64,000 nucleotides of DNA. Source: Amoebophrya sp. A120 (lineage: Eukaryota > Protista > Dinoflagellata). The position numbers and the translations under genes are program-made. The stretch spans positions 2,327,923-2,391,922 of the forward strand of contig CAJINV010000014.1 of the NCBI GenBank assembly GCA_905178155.1, in the 5' to 3' direction. This document shows positions 38,342-51,399 of the stretch, piece by piece. The notes under the pieces were generated by a model that was given only the letters and a program-made list of their open reading frames with translations, was not told where the DNA came from and ran no database searches. Position 1 is the first letter of the stretch. Each line of letters opens with the position of its first letter.

Positions 38342-38999
38342 CCGAAATGGAAATAAACCACTTCCAATTTATTACTCTGCTAATCGTAAAGCAATTACAA
38401 TTTCCTGCAACCATAAGCTGTTTCACCGGGCGCTCTCGATCACAGATGAAGAACGAAATCCGGATCAATACCAAGGAGGAGGAGATGAATCTTGCTCCGT
38501 GGAATAAACAGAGTTGTGATCTTCATCTTCCAAACAAACAGCACACACTCCACAAAGTGATGAAACTGGACCGCAAAAAGGCCTGGCGAGGAACAATAGC
38601 CAAATGCGTATGTCTACATGGCCGCAAATTTCGATCCTCCTGCAAATAAAAAAAAAACAAACAAAATCGTGGTGGGGCTGTCAAACAAAAATGAAACTAA
38701 CAAATGTACGACGAAAGGCAAATGCCAGCGACTGCAAGAAAGGACTTCAGTTCATCTTTCACTGAACAATATGGCCCTGGCCATGCATGCTGCCGATGCG
38801 GAAAGTCCCAACGTTGCAGCCGGGGTGTTTCGATGGAGGAGGAACGACTGTGCTCTGACTGGCCGAGCAATCATCGGCCCCCGAATCAATCTCCGGGAGC
38901 TAGAAGACGAAGGTCGAGGAGCTAACAACAGGCCACCGCTGCCTGGCCACCCAGATCCCTTGTTGCGGCGCGCCAATGATCACGCCAAGGAACCAAGTA

Positions 39000-41880
39000 A
39001 CTAAGAGAAGGCATGAAGGCATGCGGCGCGGGCTCCGAAACACACTCACGCCGCGCCATAGGAGGCCGCGCGCAAATCCACACCGAGGAAACAAGGGGCC
39101 GCCCCGCCGGCGGGGCGCGCTGGCTGTGGCTGGGCGGGGAGGGCGCGATGGCGGCCGGGCTGGGCCGGGCGTGCCACCGACCTGGAAAGAATGAATGGGC
39201 AAGGGGCCGGCCCCAACCAAGCCGCCCCGCTTGAATTTACTACGAACGCCGCCTGCCGGCGCGCTGGCTGGGCTGGACCGGCCCGGCCGGCTGCCCCGTC
39301 TTCCTGCCCGGGGCGGGGCGGGCGCTGTCGGCGCCCCTGATGTCTAGGCAATCGCCGCCGCGCGCGGGCTTCCTGGGCCTTCGGGGCCCGGGCGTCCGGG
39401 GGGCCCATATCGAGATCGATCGCCCGACTGGGAGGCCTTTGGCAATCAAGGGGCGCGCCTTTGGCGATGCGATGGGGCTGCAATTTCCGCGCCCAAACTT
39501 GTCTTACTCCCCGGGCCTGCCCGGCCGCCTCCATCAGGGCCCCACCGGCAGCGGAAGCAAACGGGCCCACGAACGGCCTCTATTTGGACGGCCATCGCCC
39601 CCCGAGCGACGGACCGGGCGGGCCCCCGGGGGCCAAAGCAATAGCCTGCGCGCACTGCTTCCGCGCAGGCACCGACGGCACGCGCTGCGGCCGCGAAGAC
39701 GCGCGCTCTCTATGTACCTACTCCCTCCGACACACTTCGCCCCTTCACAGGCCACGAGGGCGGGCCCGGCCTCAGGCGGGAAACACCCGGGCGGCCTCTG
39801 CTTCTAAAAAAATTCTAATTTTCCCGGCTTTTCAAAATTTCCCTGGCCCCAAACCCCCTACCTAAATAACAACCCTCGCCCCACATCGCAGGACGCCGCA
39901 TCGGCTGCACAATAACAAAGAACCCGGAGGCAGCCACCCCGGCATCATGATGACCGCACACACCCTCCGTTGCAGAGCCCACACAACCACCAGATCTGAG
40001 AAGGTACTGCCACAAACGACAACCCCAAGCGCCCCAACCCGATTCCAAAGACACATCACCCCAAGGCCTTTACCGAAGAAACAAAATCCCGAGCCCTGGC
40101 CCACGAGCGAAAATTAGACTGCAGGTCGCGCCGCCAGTTCCGAAGCGAATTCTAGAAGCCACCTCCACAGGTGGCGCCTAGCTTTCGCTTCTGCAGATGG
40201 CTTCTAAAAAACCTTCTAAAAAACCTTCTAATTTTCGCTTCTAAAGTGACCTTCTAAAATGACCTTCTAAAACCGACCTTCTAAAATGGCTTCTAAAATG
40301 GCTTCTAAAAAGCCATTTCTAGAAGCTTCTAATTCGTTCTTCTAAAATTCTTCTAATTCTCATCCCGAACCCAGGAAAATCCCGGACCCTGCCCGGCTTC
40401 TAATAATCTTCTAAAATGGCCGATAGCGCGAAATCCCGTGGGAAATTCGCGTTTTCGGGTTTTAGAAGATCCATGACCGGGATTTTGGCGTCCGGATTTT
40501 CCAATTTTAGAAGCCGAAAAATACATCTTGCCGAACTTCTATTTTAGAAGATCGGCAAGATTTCCCACCCTGAAGTGTCTGATTGTAGGCGACACTGGGA
40601 GATGATGGTCGACATGTGTCAGCCATCATGTCCTGCCTGTGAAGTATGGTCTTGCGTCCCAATAGAGACACAGACCACCACGACATCGGAAAACGAGACG
40701 ACAACACGAAAGAGTGTGTGTCATTTCGGATTCAAAAAAGGTAATGGCCTAACATCTTCAAGCCCAGAGCTCAACAAATAACCAGCAACCTAAACCCAAC
40801 CAGAAGCCAACGAGAGCCCCACCAAACTGGGCGGCCCTCTTTACCCCGGAAACGGCCCAAATTTTTAAATTTTAAAACCCCGGAACCCGCAGAAGGCGTC
40901 GGGCCCACGCAAATCCTGACCCTGAAACAAGCGAACCACGAAAAGACAAGGGCGACGCGGGCAAATGGGTGGGCGACCACGCTCGGCAACCCAAGGGCGG
41001 GGACGGGCGGGGCCGGCAGCAGAGGGAGACCGGAATTTTTTTCAAACCGGGAAAATTAGCAGGGTTTTAGAAGAAAATCCCGCCCGGGGCGTCACCGCCT
41101 GACCGGCCCCAGAACTGCCGGCGCCGGAGGACGGGCCAGGAAACACCGGGGCCCTGGCGGTGTGCCGTGGCGGTCGGGTCCATCGCGGGTCGATGGGGTT
41201 GGCGCCGGCGCACTGCGGCGCCCGTCCGGATTTCTGAAGTTAGTCCGTCGGCACGAGTGGGCTTCCTGGCGAAGAGGCTCACGCCGCGTCGAATCTACCC
41301 AAGGCAGGGAAGAAAAGACCGGCGCCCCGCGCGTCGCAGGACAGCACCGCTCTGCCGGCCCTTCGCCAGCATGCTCCAGGAGAAAAGCGGCGCGGCAGCT
41401 ATTACCTTTTAACGCGCACCCGGCCAACTGCACCGGCCCAAACGCTTCCAGCGCGCCAAAGGTAAGCGCGGCGCTCTCGGGCGTGGCGACACTCATCGAG
41501 CGCGGGGCCGGCCCCCTGCCAGCTGGGGCCCGGCCGCGCGCTTGCCACCAGGACGAAGCGACGCCGCCCGGACATAGAAAACCTCGCCCCGCTTCCACCG
41601 GGCCGGCGGCGCATATGGCCGCGGATCTTTTTGCGCCGCGGCGCTTTTCTCGCGCGCTCGCTGCTTGCCCTAACTGCCAGACAGGCAAAGCAAAGCCCCG
41701 CGCCGCTTGGCTCTGCTACACTTGCCGGAACGCCATCCGCTCACCCGATCGGTGTACCAGTACCCTTGGAAGGCAAACGTCAGCGACGGAATACTTAAAA
41801 GGCCCGCGGCCGCAAGAGACGAAACAACAACAGCCGCAGGAAAGCAAGGGCTGTCTGCAGAAGTGACTGAACACAGAAGA
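39000..41880. repeat. GC-rich degenerate long inverted repeat centred near 40438
   Basis: Central hairpin atcttctaaaa...cgcgaaatccc|gggaaattcgcg...ttttagaagat. Symmetric matches cttctaaaa..ctaattttcccgg (39801-39827) with ccgggaaaattag..ttttagaag (41047-41073), plus tcaggcgg/ccgcctga and cccgggcgg/ccgcccggg. Outer limits are estimated from composition. Confidence 0.6.
40147..40550. repeat. Array of CTTCTAAAA-like units that switches strand at the palindrome centre
   Basis: More than a dozen cttcta(a/g)a units at 40147-40416, then ttttagaag copies at about 40460-40550. Confidence 0.8.
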
Positions 41881-43022
41881 TCATGCCTCCGCTGGCTTTT
41901 CGAACGCGGCAAGACGAAGCGATGAAAATTTCGAGCGTCTTCTTTTCTTTTCGTTAGTGTTCCTCTATGGCTTTCTTGTTGCTCTGGGCACTGCTGGAAC
42001 ACCGCCATCGGTGTTCCAGTGCTTCTGTTTCCGTCAGCTTGACGAGGATGCACAGTTGAGTTGTATCTCCTTCGACTCTTGCTTCATCATCGTCCACGAC
42101 AGGCAGCTGCACAGGTCACATTAGTTGCAACCGGAGCAGAGGCTTGTCGTCCGATGGTCGATACGCATGAAATAGTTCGCTTCTTCGTTTAGTGAGGCGT
42201 AGTTCTTCAAATAAAACACATACTACGGGGACAGCAACAGTTTTAGCTCTTTCTTCGTTTCATTTAAGGTGAGACTCCATTGGAAATCTTGCTTCGTTCT
42301 AGCTTCATCTGATGTATTAGTTTCATTGGATTTAAACTTGTTGTCGCGAAAGAAATTCGACTTTGACATTTTAAGTGCTGCATAGGAAAGCGATAGAAAG
42401 ACAACTAGCAATAGCAAGGCGAGTTGTAAGCTCAGCTTCAGAGGTTCTGACATACTACACGTAAAAACTGTTCTTCAAATAAAACGACATGGACATCATG
42501 ATTTTTCAGGCATTAAAAAGGAAAAACGCGAGCATTGCATTTTTTGATAAGCAGTAAAATGATAGAGATCAGCACTTACGCTGCTACTTGCGAGTGCGGG
42601 ATCCCACATCTCATAGGAACGCTGCACCTGCAGTGCGTTTGGTGGAAAAGCATTCGAATCAAACAAATCTTGTGTACAGTTCTGCGATGAAAATTTAGGA
42701 TAACGCGTCTTGAGGATCAATACTGATCAATTAGTACAGCTACAGCACGATACACTGCATTTTTCTATAGTAAAATGATTTCTCGATGATGAATTGGATT
42801 AACATTAAGCTATTGACCTGCAATAACAATGGAAAATGGAAAATACAAATAGATTCTCTACAACTTGCTTCTGCACCGACACAAAAGTACGGTACACAAT
42901 CGTCGTGCACAAAGCTTTCTTGCGTGTGCTAATGCAAGTAGTGCGCTCTGTGATGAAAATACGATAGTTGAGTTGTACCTACTAACACTACTTACACAAC
43001 ACCCCAAAACCTCCTCTCTACT

Positions 43023-46000
43023 TCACCCTCTCTTCGGGCTACTGACGTGATATCGTGGGCAGTTCTGTGTGGAGGTCCCTGAAGACAGTGGTAGCGGTTT
43101 GCTCTTGCTAAACACCTCATCTTCTCCACCCGGCTGGCTGTTGTAGTTTGTGTTTCCGCTTGAGGACGAAGACGAGTTCGCAGCTTTTTCATGTTGTTCT
43201 ACCAATTCCACCCGCCCTGGTTCTCGTAGCTCACTACAACCACCTCCTTCAAGAAGAAGTCCTGAGTCCGCTTCCTGTGCGTCGGAAAAATCTTCCTCGT
43301 CCGGGGAGTCGACCTTCGTCCGCTTGCTCGGCCTCTTCTCCGCGTACGACATCTGACGACGTAACTTCGTGCTGGACCTGGCCTTCGGGTTGCTGCTACT
43401 TTGCTGCTGATACTGTCTGTGTTGCTGCTGCTGTTCCAGAGGCGGCGACATCAAATCCAGATCTCTGTTTTGATCCCCAATAATTCCCTGCTTCCCTAGA
43501 TAGGGGTCACCACACGCGCCAACAGACGAACTTCTGCAGTCTTCAAAATCTTCCCCGGCTAAAGACGGTGAAGTCCGATCGTCGATAGTGCGCTGCCGAT
43601 GGTCCTTTGCCGACGAGATCATATGAGTGCTGTCTACTTCTTCGTCATCCGTCTTAGCGCTCATCGTTATCTCCTCAATCGACCTCGTCGTGTTGTAACT
43701 CGACTCCGCATTGCTCGTTTTGCTGCTACTCGACGTGTTTGTCAAGTCAATCGCAGCTCCACGGTTATTTTCACTAGAAGAAGCTCCGGATGATGATGAG
43801 TTTGCAGAATTACAATTAGTGTTGCTCGAAAGGAGGACTCCCCCAGCGTTGTTCCCATGATGTGGACCTCCAAGCGTCAAATTGATCTGATTGCCATTGT
43901 TATCGTACAAAACGGGCGACGCGATACTGGGCGAAGAATCTTGGTGAAATTCTGCCACAGCTCTCTGGAACGCGTTCACTGTGTTGGTTGGGATTGAGTT
44001 CTGCTGCAATTTCGAAAGTTTCTTCTTTTTATCCGAAGGGACTTTGACGTTTTGCTTCTTGCTCTGCAAAGTTCCGCTGGCCGTGAGGTGTTGATTGCGA
44101 AGATTCGAGGACGTTGCACTGCTTCCACCCCCGGATGATTTTTTCAACTTCGCGGAAAGTAGCCGGCGGTTACTGGAAGCTGCAGAAGAAGACGCAGAAG
44201 AATTTGCGATGGTGTGCGTCGTGCCAGAGTAGGCACAATGATCCAACGCGATCTTCTTCTCACTGGCTAATTTCTTCACTTTGGTCCGAGTCGATGTGGA
44301 TGTCGTCGTGTTAGCAGTGGAGATTGCCGGTGCGCCGGCGGATGTGGTCGTGGAAGAAGAAGTTGTCGTGCCTTTAATGCTTGTGGATGCTGAAGAAGCA
44401 CCAGCAGAAGAAGCTCCGCTCTTATTTTTCAACACTGCTGCTGTCGCTAGTACTGGTTGAGCAAGCACCTTCTTGTCATCTCCCGCGGTTCCTGTTCCAC
44501 CACATCCTGGTGCATTTGACAACTCTACTATCGCAGCCGCGTCTCCGTGTTGATCAACTTCGTCAACCCCTGTGAGCACCATACAGCTTCCGTCGTCGGT
44601 CTGAACAGCTGGTAGGTTGTTCACCAACGCGGTCTGTTCGACGATGTTGCTCTTGTCAAACAACGTAGCCGCAGACGCACCAGCCGCGGAGCTCGAAATT
44701 GATGAGGATCCACTTGGAGATGCCCCAGGAGCACCCGCGGCCATCTTCGTCACTCTTCCCGCACTATGAAACACCCGCGGCGCGCCTGGACTGCTCACCG
44801 TCGGCTGGACTGGGTTCAGCGTCATGGCTTGACCGGTGATAACGAATTCTTCCGCGTTTCCTGCGTTCGGTGTCGCTCCGGTTGGACTAGGACTCTGGTT
44901 CGGACTACAGGACTTGAAAGACGGCGCGCAGGATGAGCTGGAGGACCCAGTGCTGGGAGAAACCGAAGGGGAGGGGTTCGCGGAGCCTGGATGAGGAACA
45001 CCAGCAGAAGTTGTTGTGTTAGCATTTGATGATCCACCAGTTCGGCGCGCAGTAGATCTGGAGCTGCTGGTGGTGGTGCCCCCTGTAGCTGCACTGGAGT
45101 CGAACACCCGCACGTGAGGCAAAAACGATGACTGTTGCAGCTGCTGCCCTCCGGGCTCAGAGAACCGACTGTGAAGGTGATGTTTCTCTGCTTGTAGTTG
45201 GCCACTGTTATTTTTCCCGCCGCTACAACTTCCACTTCCGGAAAAACCTCTACTCGGACTGGCGCGGTTAAATACCGGCGGACTCGGGTTGCTCATGTCA
45301 TGATCGATACGATCACCGGAAAAGTTGATCCTGTTCTTTGTGCCGGCAGCTGCTGATTGCGATTGCAAGCCCCCACCAGACGAGAAAACCGAACCACCGT
45401 CACGCCGGGCTTTCTGGTGCTGGCTGTCGCGAGAACCTACTTCTTGGTTCAGCATCTTATTCGAAGCAGAAGCGGACGAAGCAGACGCTGGTGATGCGCC
45501 TGGGGTCGCTTGCGAAAACACACCACTTGCGTAATGTCTAGCAGAGCCAAAGGCAGAAGAAGCTTTAGCAGGTTCATGTTGATTTCCGTCCCCCCGAGAG
45601 CCTCGTCCTGGTGGAAGAAGCTGGCGCGGCTCCTCGTCTTCCATGCTGACATTGTGATCCACGAGGAGTGAACTGACATCCGCCTCCGCCACTGCATCCC
45701 CTTCCTCGCAAACACTTCCTTTAGAATTTGACCTGTGCTGTCCGCGCGAGGTGCTGCGAAACAGATGTACCTGGTCCTGCTTTTCTAAAGAGGAAGATCG
45801 TTTGGAAGTTGATGCTCCAAGAAAGCCCCCACCGCTATTGCTGTGATTCGACGTCCCTTTCCCACTCAGAGGAAAAGACCCCTTGTGCAGCTTCAAAGAA
45901 CTGGATGAACTCGGGCACGACTTGAGACCACTATCATGAGCGCCGTCGGGGGAAACCACCGGAGTGGAATTTTGCTCGAACATGTCGGCCAAGTTACGTC

Positions 46001-49000
46001 TCGGCGGCGGTCGGTGGTGGTTCGTCTGCATCAAGCCCTGCAGAAACTTGGACTTTTTCTTGGATTTGGAGAGAAGAGAAGAAGGGGAAGACGGGGACGG
46101 GGAAGCGGGTGGCGGTGGCAACCCGAGCTCGTCTGCGAGAGCTGGGGGCGCAGCCGCAGCAGCCGGCTGCTGCTCCTCCTGCTCGTGGGCAGTTTCACCA
46201 TCCCCAAGAATTCCATCTGGTGGTGGTACTGAACAACCCTTCTCGTCAACATTACGTGCGTCACGGTCCTCTCCTATGAGGTTCACGTCGCTTGCAGTAC
46301 GTGGGTGATCCGCGTCTTGGCTGAATACCGCGCCGGTGGCCTGTTCTTCTACTTCTCCCGTCTGCAGGGTCGTGCATTGTTCTCCGCCTTCGGCCTCCGT
46401 CAGCATGTGCTGGTCCTCCACTACATCGGCTGGAGGTGCGGCGACTGCGATTAGAGACTCGGCGTCAATGCCACTTGTGTTGCCACCCTCCTGAACGAGC
46501 AGCGAAGATTCGTCCGGCGCACCCCCACCCTCTCCAATCATCACCTCCTCCTCTCCCTCTCCGCGGGGATCGAACCCGCACCGATTCGGCTGCAACGATG
46601 AGCACGTCTGCGGATGGGCAAAAGAGGACTCCAGCATTCTCAGGTCTGACCTTCCGTGGATCGAACTGCTGTTGCCTCCTGTGCTTGGCGGGTCTTGAAT
46701 TCTCCTGCTACCGCGGCCGTCGTGGTGGTCTCCTGGTACCCCTAGTACCTCCGATGAATTCTTGCTGTTGAAGAACGTCTTTCGACGTCGCATTTGGGAA
46801 GAATTGAAGTCGACCCTCGGCGTGATCTCCTCCTCCAGGTGGTCAAGAACTCCGTGATGGCCCAGATGAAGAGTCGTTGTTGTATTTCCACCGGGGTCAT
46901 CAGCATCTGAACTACCAGCACAACTGCCGGATGACACCGTTTGGAGTTGGTCTATCAGCTGCAGCGTCGATAGATCTTCGGTCACGTCAGCGTCGGTTGT
47001 GCTCACCTCCGCAAATCCCATCTGCACGTCTTGCTCGCTGCAGCGTTGGTCGCTGCTGCTCATTTGGTTTTGGTTTCGCGGCTCTCGTCCCAGTTCGTCG
47101 AAGCTCAAGTTGTCTGATGTGCACAATTGGTGGAGCCCACTACCACTGCCTCCCCCTGAAACAAGATCGATGAACTGCCCGGAGGCTGGCGTGGAGGAAG
47201 CGCCGATGCTAGACGAGAGATTCGCCGTCGTTGGGACGTTGGACGAAGAGAGTAACGACGAAGCCTCATGATAGAACTCTACTGCGACACCTCGTTGGGA
47301 TTGATTTCCAGCGAGAAGCACCGATGTAGAAGCTGTGCCAGACTGGTCCGGATGCTGCTGCTCCTGTTGGTGCTGCGCGAGTTGTTGCAAATAACCCTGC
47401 AACTGTTGCCGCAGCTGCATTGCCTCCCGTTTCCAGAATTCCTTTTCCTGCTCAGCAGGCACGCCGCCGTCCGCAGATTTGATGTGATCGACCAAATACA
47501 GAGCATCGGTGGCATTTGGCCGCTGGCTCGGCTCTGTGGCCAGCATGGTGGAAAGGACGTTCAGAAGATCGGTCGAAAGTTGTGGCATTTCGGAAGACAG
47601 AGTCGTCGCCGTCGGCTGCTGGTCCCGCAAGGCGTGCCACTGCTCGCCGGCGCGCGGAGGTTCCTGATAACATGATTAATACATTGCAAATTGAGCAGTC
47701 ACACAACGGTAGTGTTTCTTCGTTTGTTCCTTTCGCCTCGTCACACACGGCAAGCAATCCATTCCAGCCAACAGCAAACCAAGTACTAGGTGTATCTGAC
47801 TTACCTGCCCACATCCCAGTTCGTACATTGTAACCCCAAGACTGAAGATGTCACAGCGGTCCGTCACCATGCCCCGCAACGCCTCTTTGGCGACATAACG
47901 GCAGTCCCCTTCATCCACTGTGGACGTTTTCTGCAATTTCGAGGAAAAACTGACAAGCTCGCCAGACGCTGACAGCTGAAAGTTAGACTCGAACTCGCAG
48001 GCGAGCCCCAAATCCGCAATTTTCCAAATTCCAGAGAAGCTGCGCAACAGGTTCTCAGGCTTGACGTCCAGGTGGGATAGGTTATTGCTGTGCATTGCTC
48101 GCAGCCCGGAGAGGGTTGCGTGAGCGACCTGTGGAAGAAAGAATGAGCCTCACTCAAAATTTATTAGCTGGGGCTTTCCGTTTCGCGAAACAAGAAAAAC
48201 ATCTACATCGCCTTTGCATGTGAAATGAAAAACTAAAAACGAGATTCAGATCTAGATAGACTGTCGTAAAAACTTATAATTGCATATGGATATGGTGCAA
48301 AATCAAAATAGAAATTTAGGTAGATCACTGTAGCCGGAGCGTCGAACTGCGAACTTTAGTATGCTTGACCTGTCGATTTAGTATGCTTGACCTGTCGTAA
48401 GAACTTATACCTCCAAAATCTCGCCTTCCGAAAAGCATGCGGCGTTGGTCACAGCCGCGTCTCCTGTTTGCACTGCTAGCCGTCGCTTTTCCACTACCAC
48501 ATCATGTAAACTGCAGTCGCACAACTCCGTTTGCAAGTAGAGTCTCCGGCTCTGCACCCAGCAACCATAGTACCGCACGATGTGCGAGCTCTCGACGTTG
48601 TGGAGGGCTCTCGCAAGGTTCTGGGCTTCCCTGAAGGCAGTATGTGTGGGTGGTTTGTAGGAAGGCTTTTTCATATTCGAGCTTGTGTAGTTATTTTGTC
48701 CCAGAGAACTCGCCGCATTCGCCGCCGTGTTCACGTCGTCTAGCCAATGCTCGGGTAGTTTCGTCTTCAACTGCTTCACTGCGTACTCGCAACCGTCCAG
48801 CTTGTGCGTTGCCCGATACACGGTGGAAAAGTTACCTTTTTAGAGTGCAGTGCCAGTGAAAGGTCTGCGCCTTAAATCGAAAACGAGATTACACACATGA
48901 AACATCGCGCTGACGTGTCCTATGATGGCATCAACACAACTACTTCATCGAGAGCACTACAGTTTTGAAATGCAGAAGTCGTGTTAGTTAGTGTTACCTT

Positions 49001-50792
49001 TTCCGACAACGCTGATATTCACGAAGTTATTTTCCATAAAGTCGTCATCCGCCCGCCCCGCACCGCCGCCCTGTCCCGCAATACAGCCTTTCTCTCGATT
49101 CCGGATCCCCCGAAACGCCCCACTGCCCGCATCGTCCGCCCCGTCCAGTTTCCCGGTGGAAAAAGTTCTCCTCTGCAGCATCCGGGACACGAACCCAGAA
49201 TCCGGGGTTGTGCCATTGAAAGTGGTACCATTTGGCCCGTGATTCTGGTGCGGTGTGACCTGGTGGTTACCCCCATGGACTGCTCCGGGCGTCGCGAGGA
49301 CCTGGTGATGCTGATGAGGTGTCGTAATGTTCAGGTGGCCGTGGTACGATGGCGTCTGTAGTTGGAAAGAAAGATGACCACCACCGGAAGGGGGTCCCGC
49401 AGAGCCCGACCGGTGTAAATGGGCGCTGCTAGTACTGTGTGGCGTCGGGATATTGTGGGCGGCATGCTGGTGAGAGGAATGCGAATTGCCGTGCGGAGTT
49501 CCGATGAAGCTGCTGGAATGCTGTAGCTGCTGGGAATGCGAGCTGCCGGCGGGCGTCCTCTGCACGAGCGTGTCAGCCCTGATTGATGTTTTGGAAAATT
49601 TGCGAGCTGACAAAGGATTAGGATTTTGGTCGTGGCTATTTGTTTTCGTATCCACTTCAGGGACGTTCTTGCTGTGGTTGCAGCTTTTGCTACCGCTTCT
49701 ATTCCTAATGGGGGGCAGAGTGTTTTGTTTGCGTGGTTGCTGGTCGTGCTGCGAGCCGCGCGCGGTCGTTCCTCTGGGAGAGGGAGCGCGCTTCGCGTTC
49801 TGCTTTGCAATCGATCGTGTGCTGCTGGTCGCACCACTAACCGCAGCAGCGGCGATATTAGCACTCGGAGGTCTATTGTGCCCCGCGGCCGCGGTTAATG
49901 TACCGCATCGCGTCCGCTCACCCTCACGCAAGTTGCGGCTGGTACTTGAATTAGAATTGACGGTCGGTTGAGGTTGTACAGCTTCCGGAATTCTTGGCGG
50001 ACGGAGTGGCGGAGCGCCAGGAGTTCGCGCTCCTTGCCCACACCTCCTCTTATTCACCGACGACGATTGCGCCCTGGATGTGGAGTGGGGGTTTTTCGAG
50101 GCCAACATTGCGTGCCCCTTATTCGAGTTATTGTTATTCACCCTACCTCGAGGAGAGGGGTTCGCTGAGTGCTGCGATGAGCCTGCAACCGAGCTGCAAG
50201 AGCTATTGGCAGGCTTTCTGACAACGTTCATCTTCCCCGCACGAGCCACGACCTCTGCACCTCCTCCAGTGGCGGCGGTCGGAGCAGCTGCGTTTTTTCT
50301 TTTCTCCTTGCTCGTGTATCGATGAGGCGTGCTGGAACTAAAGACCGGCCCGGAGCTGTTGCTGCGACGTCTTAGAAGCGGTTGCGATCTGTCATCTTCT
50401 ACGTCTTGCATCTTGTCTTTTTCCTGCAGCTCCTCCAGAACCATTTTGGCAGAACGGTTTGGGTTTCCCCGCGCGAGAATCGCGTTGGAGCAAGAGCGCG
50501 CACGGGAAGTGGCTCCTGTGCCAGTCGTGGTACGAGTTGCGGAAGATGGGCGCGTTCCCCGGGCGTCAAGCGAAGTCACAGCACTATTTGCTTTTGATGC
50601 CCCAACGGCTGCACCGTGTAGTTGTGCAGTGTTCGTTTTAGTTCTCGCCGCGGATGAGTTTTGTCGACTTTTGACACTGCTCGTCGTGGTCTTTGCCACA
50701 TTTTTCTCCGTCGGTTTTCCTGGAAAACAACCAGCTGGCTGCGGCGGAGCGCCGCCAAGCGCTCGACCCCTGCTGGGAGCGGAGCTTGACAT
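43023..50792 (-). CDS. WEE1: Wee1-family kinase with very long low-complexity extensions
   Basis: GT-AG introns 48836-48997, 48129-48410 and 47664-47804 join VGK|GNFSTVYRATHKLDGCEYAVK, HIVRYYGCW, HLDVKPEN, KIADLG, EGDCRY, DIFSLG and PRAGEQWHALR, all Wee1 hallmarks. Confidence 0.92.
48355..48397. repeat. 22-bp tandem duplication within a Wee1 intron
   Basis: tttagtatgcttgacctgtcg(a) occurs twice in tandem. Confidence 0.8.
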
Positions 50793-51399
50793 TTGGCTTT
50801 AGTACTTGGTAGCAGCCATCAGGGAATCGGGGATGCCGATTGTTGTTTTGTTTCGATTTTGGTTACACTTTCATCTTCCTGAAGACACCTGTAACTCATC
50901 ATGTTTCTATTTGTGGCCCGCTTCTCATTCTGATTTCATGTACACCTTTCCGCGCTTGCATGGGCAGATGCAGATGCAGAAGCAGATGAACGGAGCGGAG
51001 CGGAGCAACCTGAGAGCAACTCAAACACGACCAGAAACGTCGTGTATGTGATTCAACAAAAATCTGAAGGAAGTGACCACGTACTACATCAAAAGCACAG
51101 AGTGAAATTCTAGATCCTTTTAATTTTCGTGGTCGAAATCATGTCGACCTGATGAACAAAATAGAACAACATACGTCCAAAAGAACACCGAAAGCGCAGT
51201 GAGTTGTCCTCTTGCATTCTCATGCCAGATCAGTTGCGTCTTCCTAGTGGAAGGCCGCAAAAGGACCGCAGACAGCGGCAGACTAAAACTAAAAGCAACT
51301 AGAAGTAGCACGACCATCAAGCCGCGCCGTGACGTTAACCTTAACACTTGCTAAACCTAGAAGAGGAGTCCCTGAGTTTCGAACAAGCAAAAAAAAATT

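Noticed and set aside
40147-40420. TTCTAGAA/TTCTAAAA units as heat-shock elements
   Set aside because: Mostly single-orientation units without the alternating nGAAn arrangement, about 2 kb from the nearest gene start; better explained as part of the palindromic repeat.
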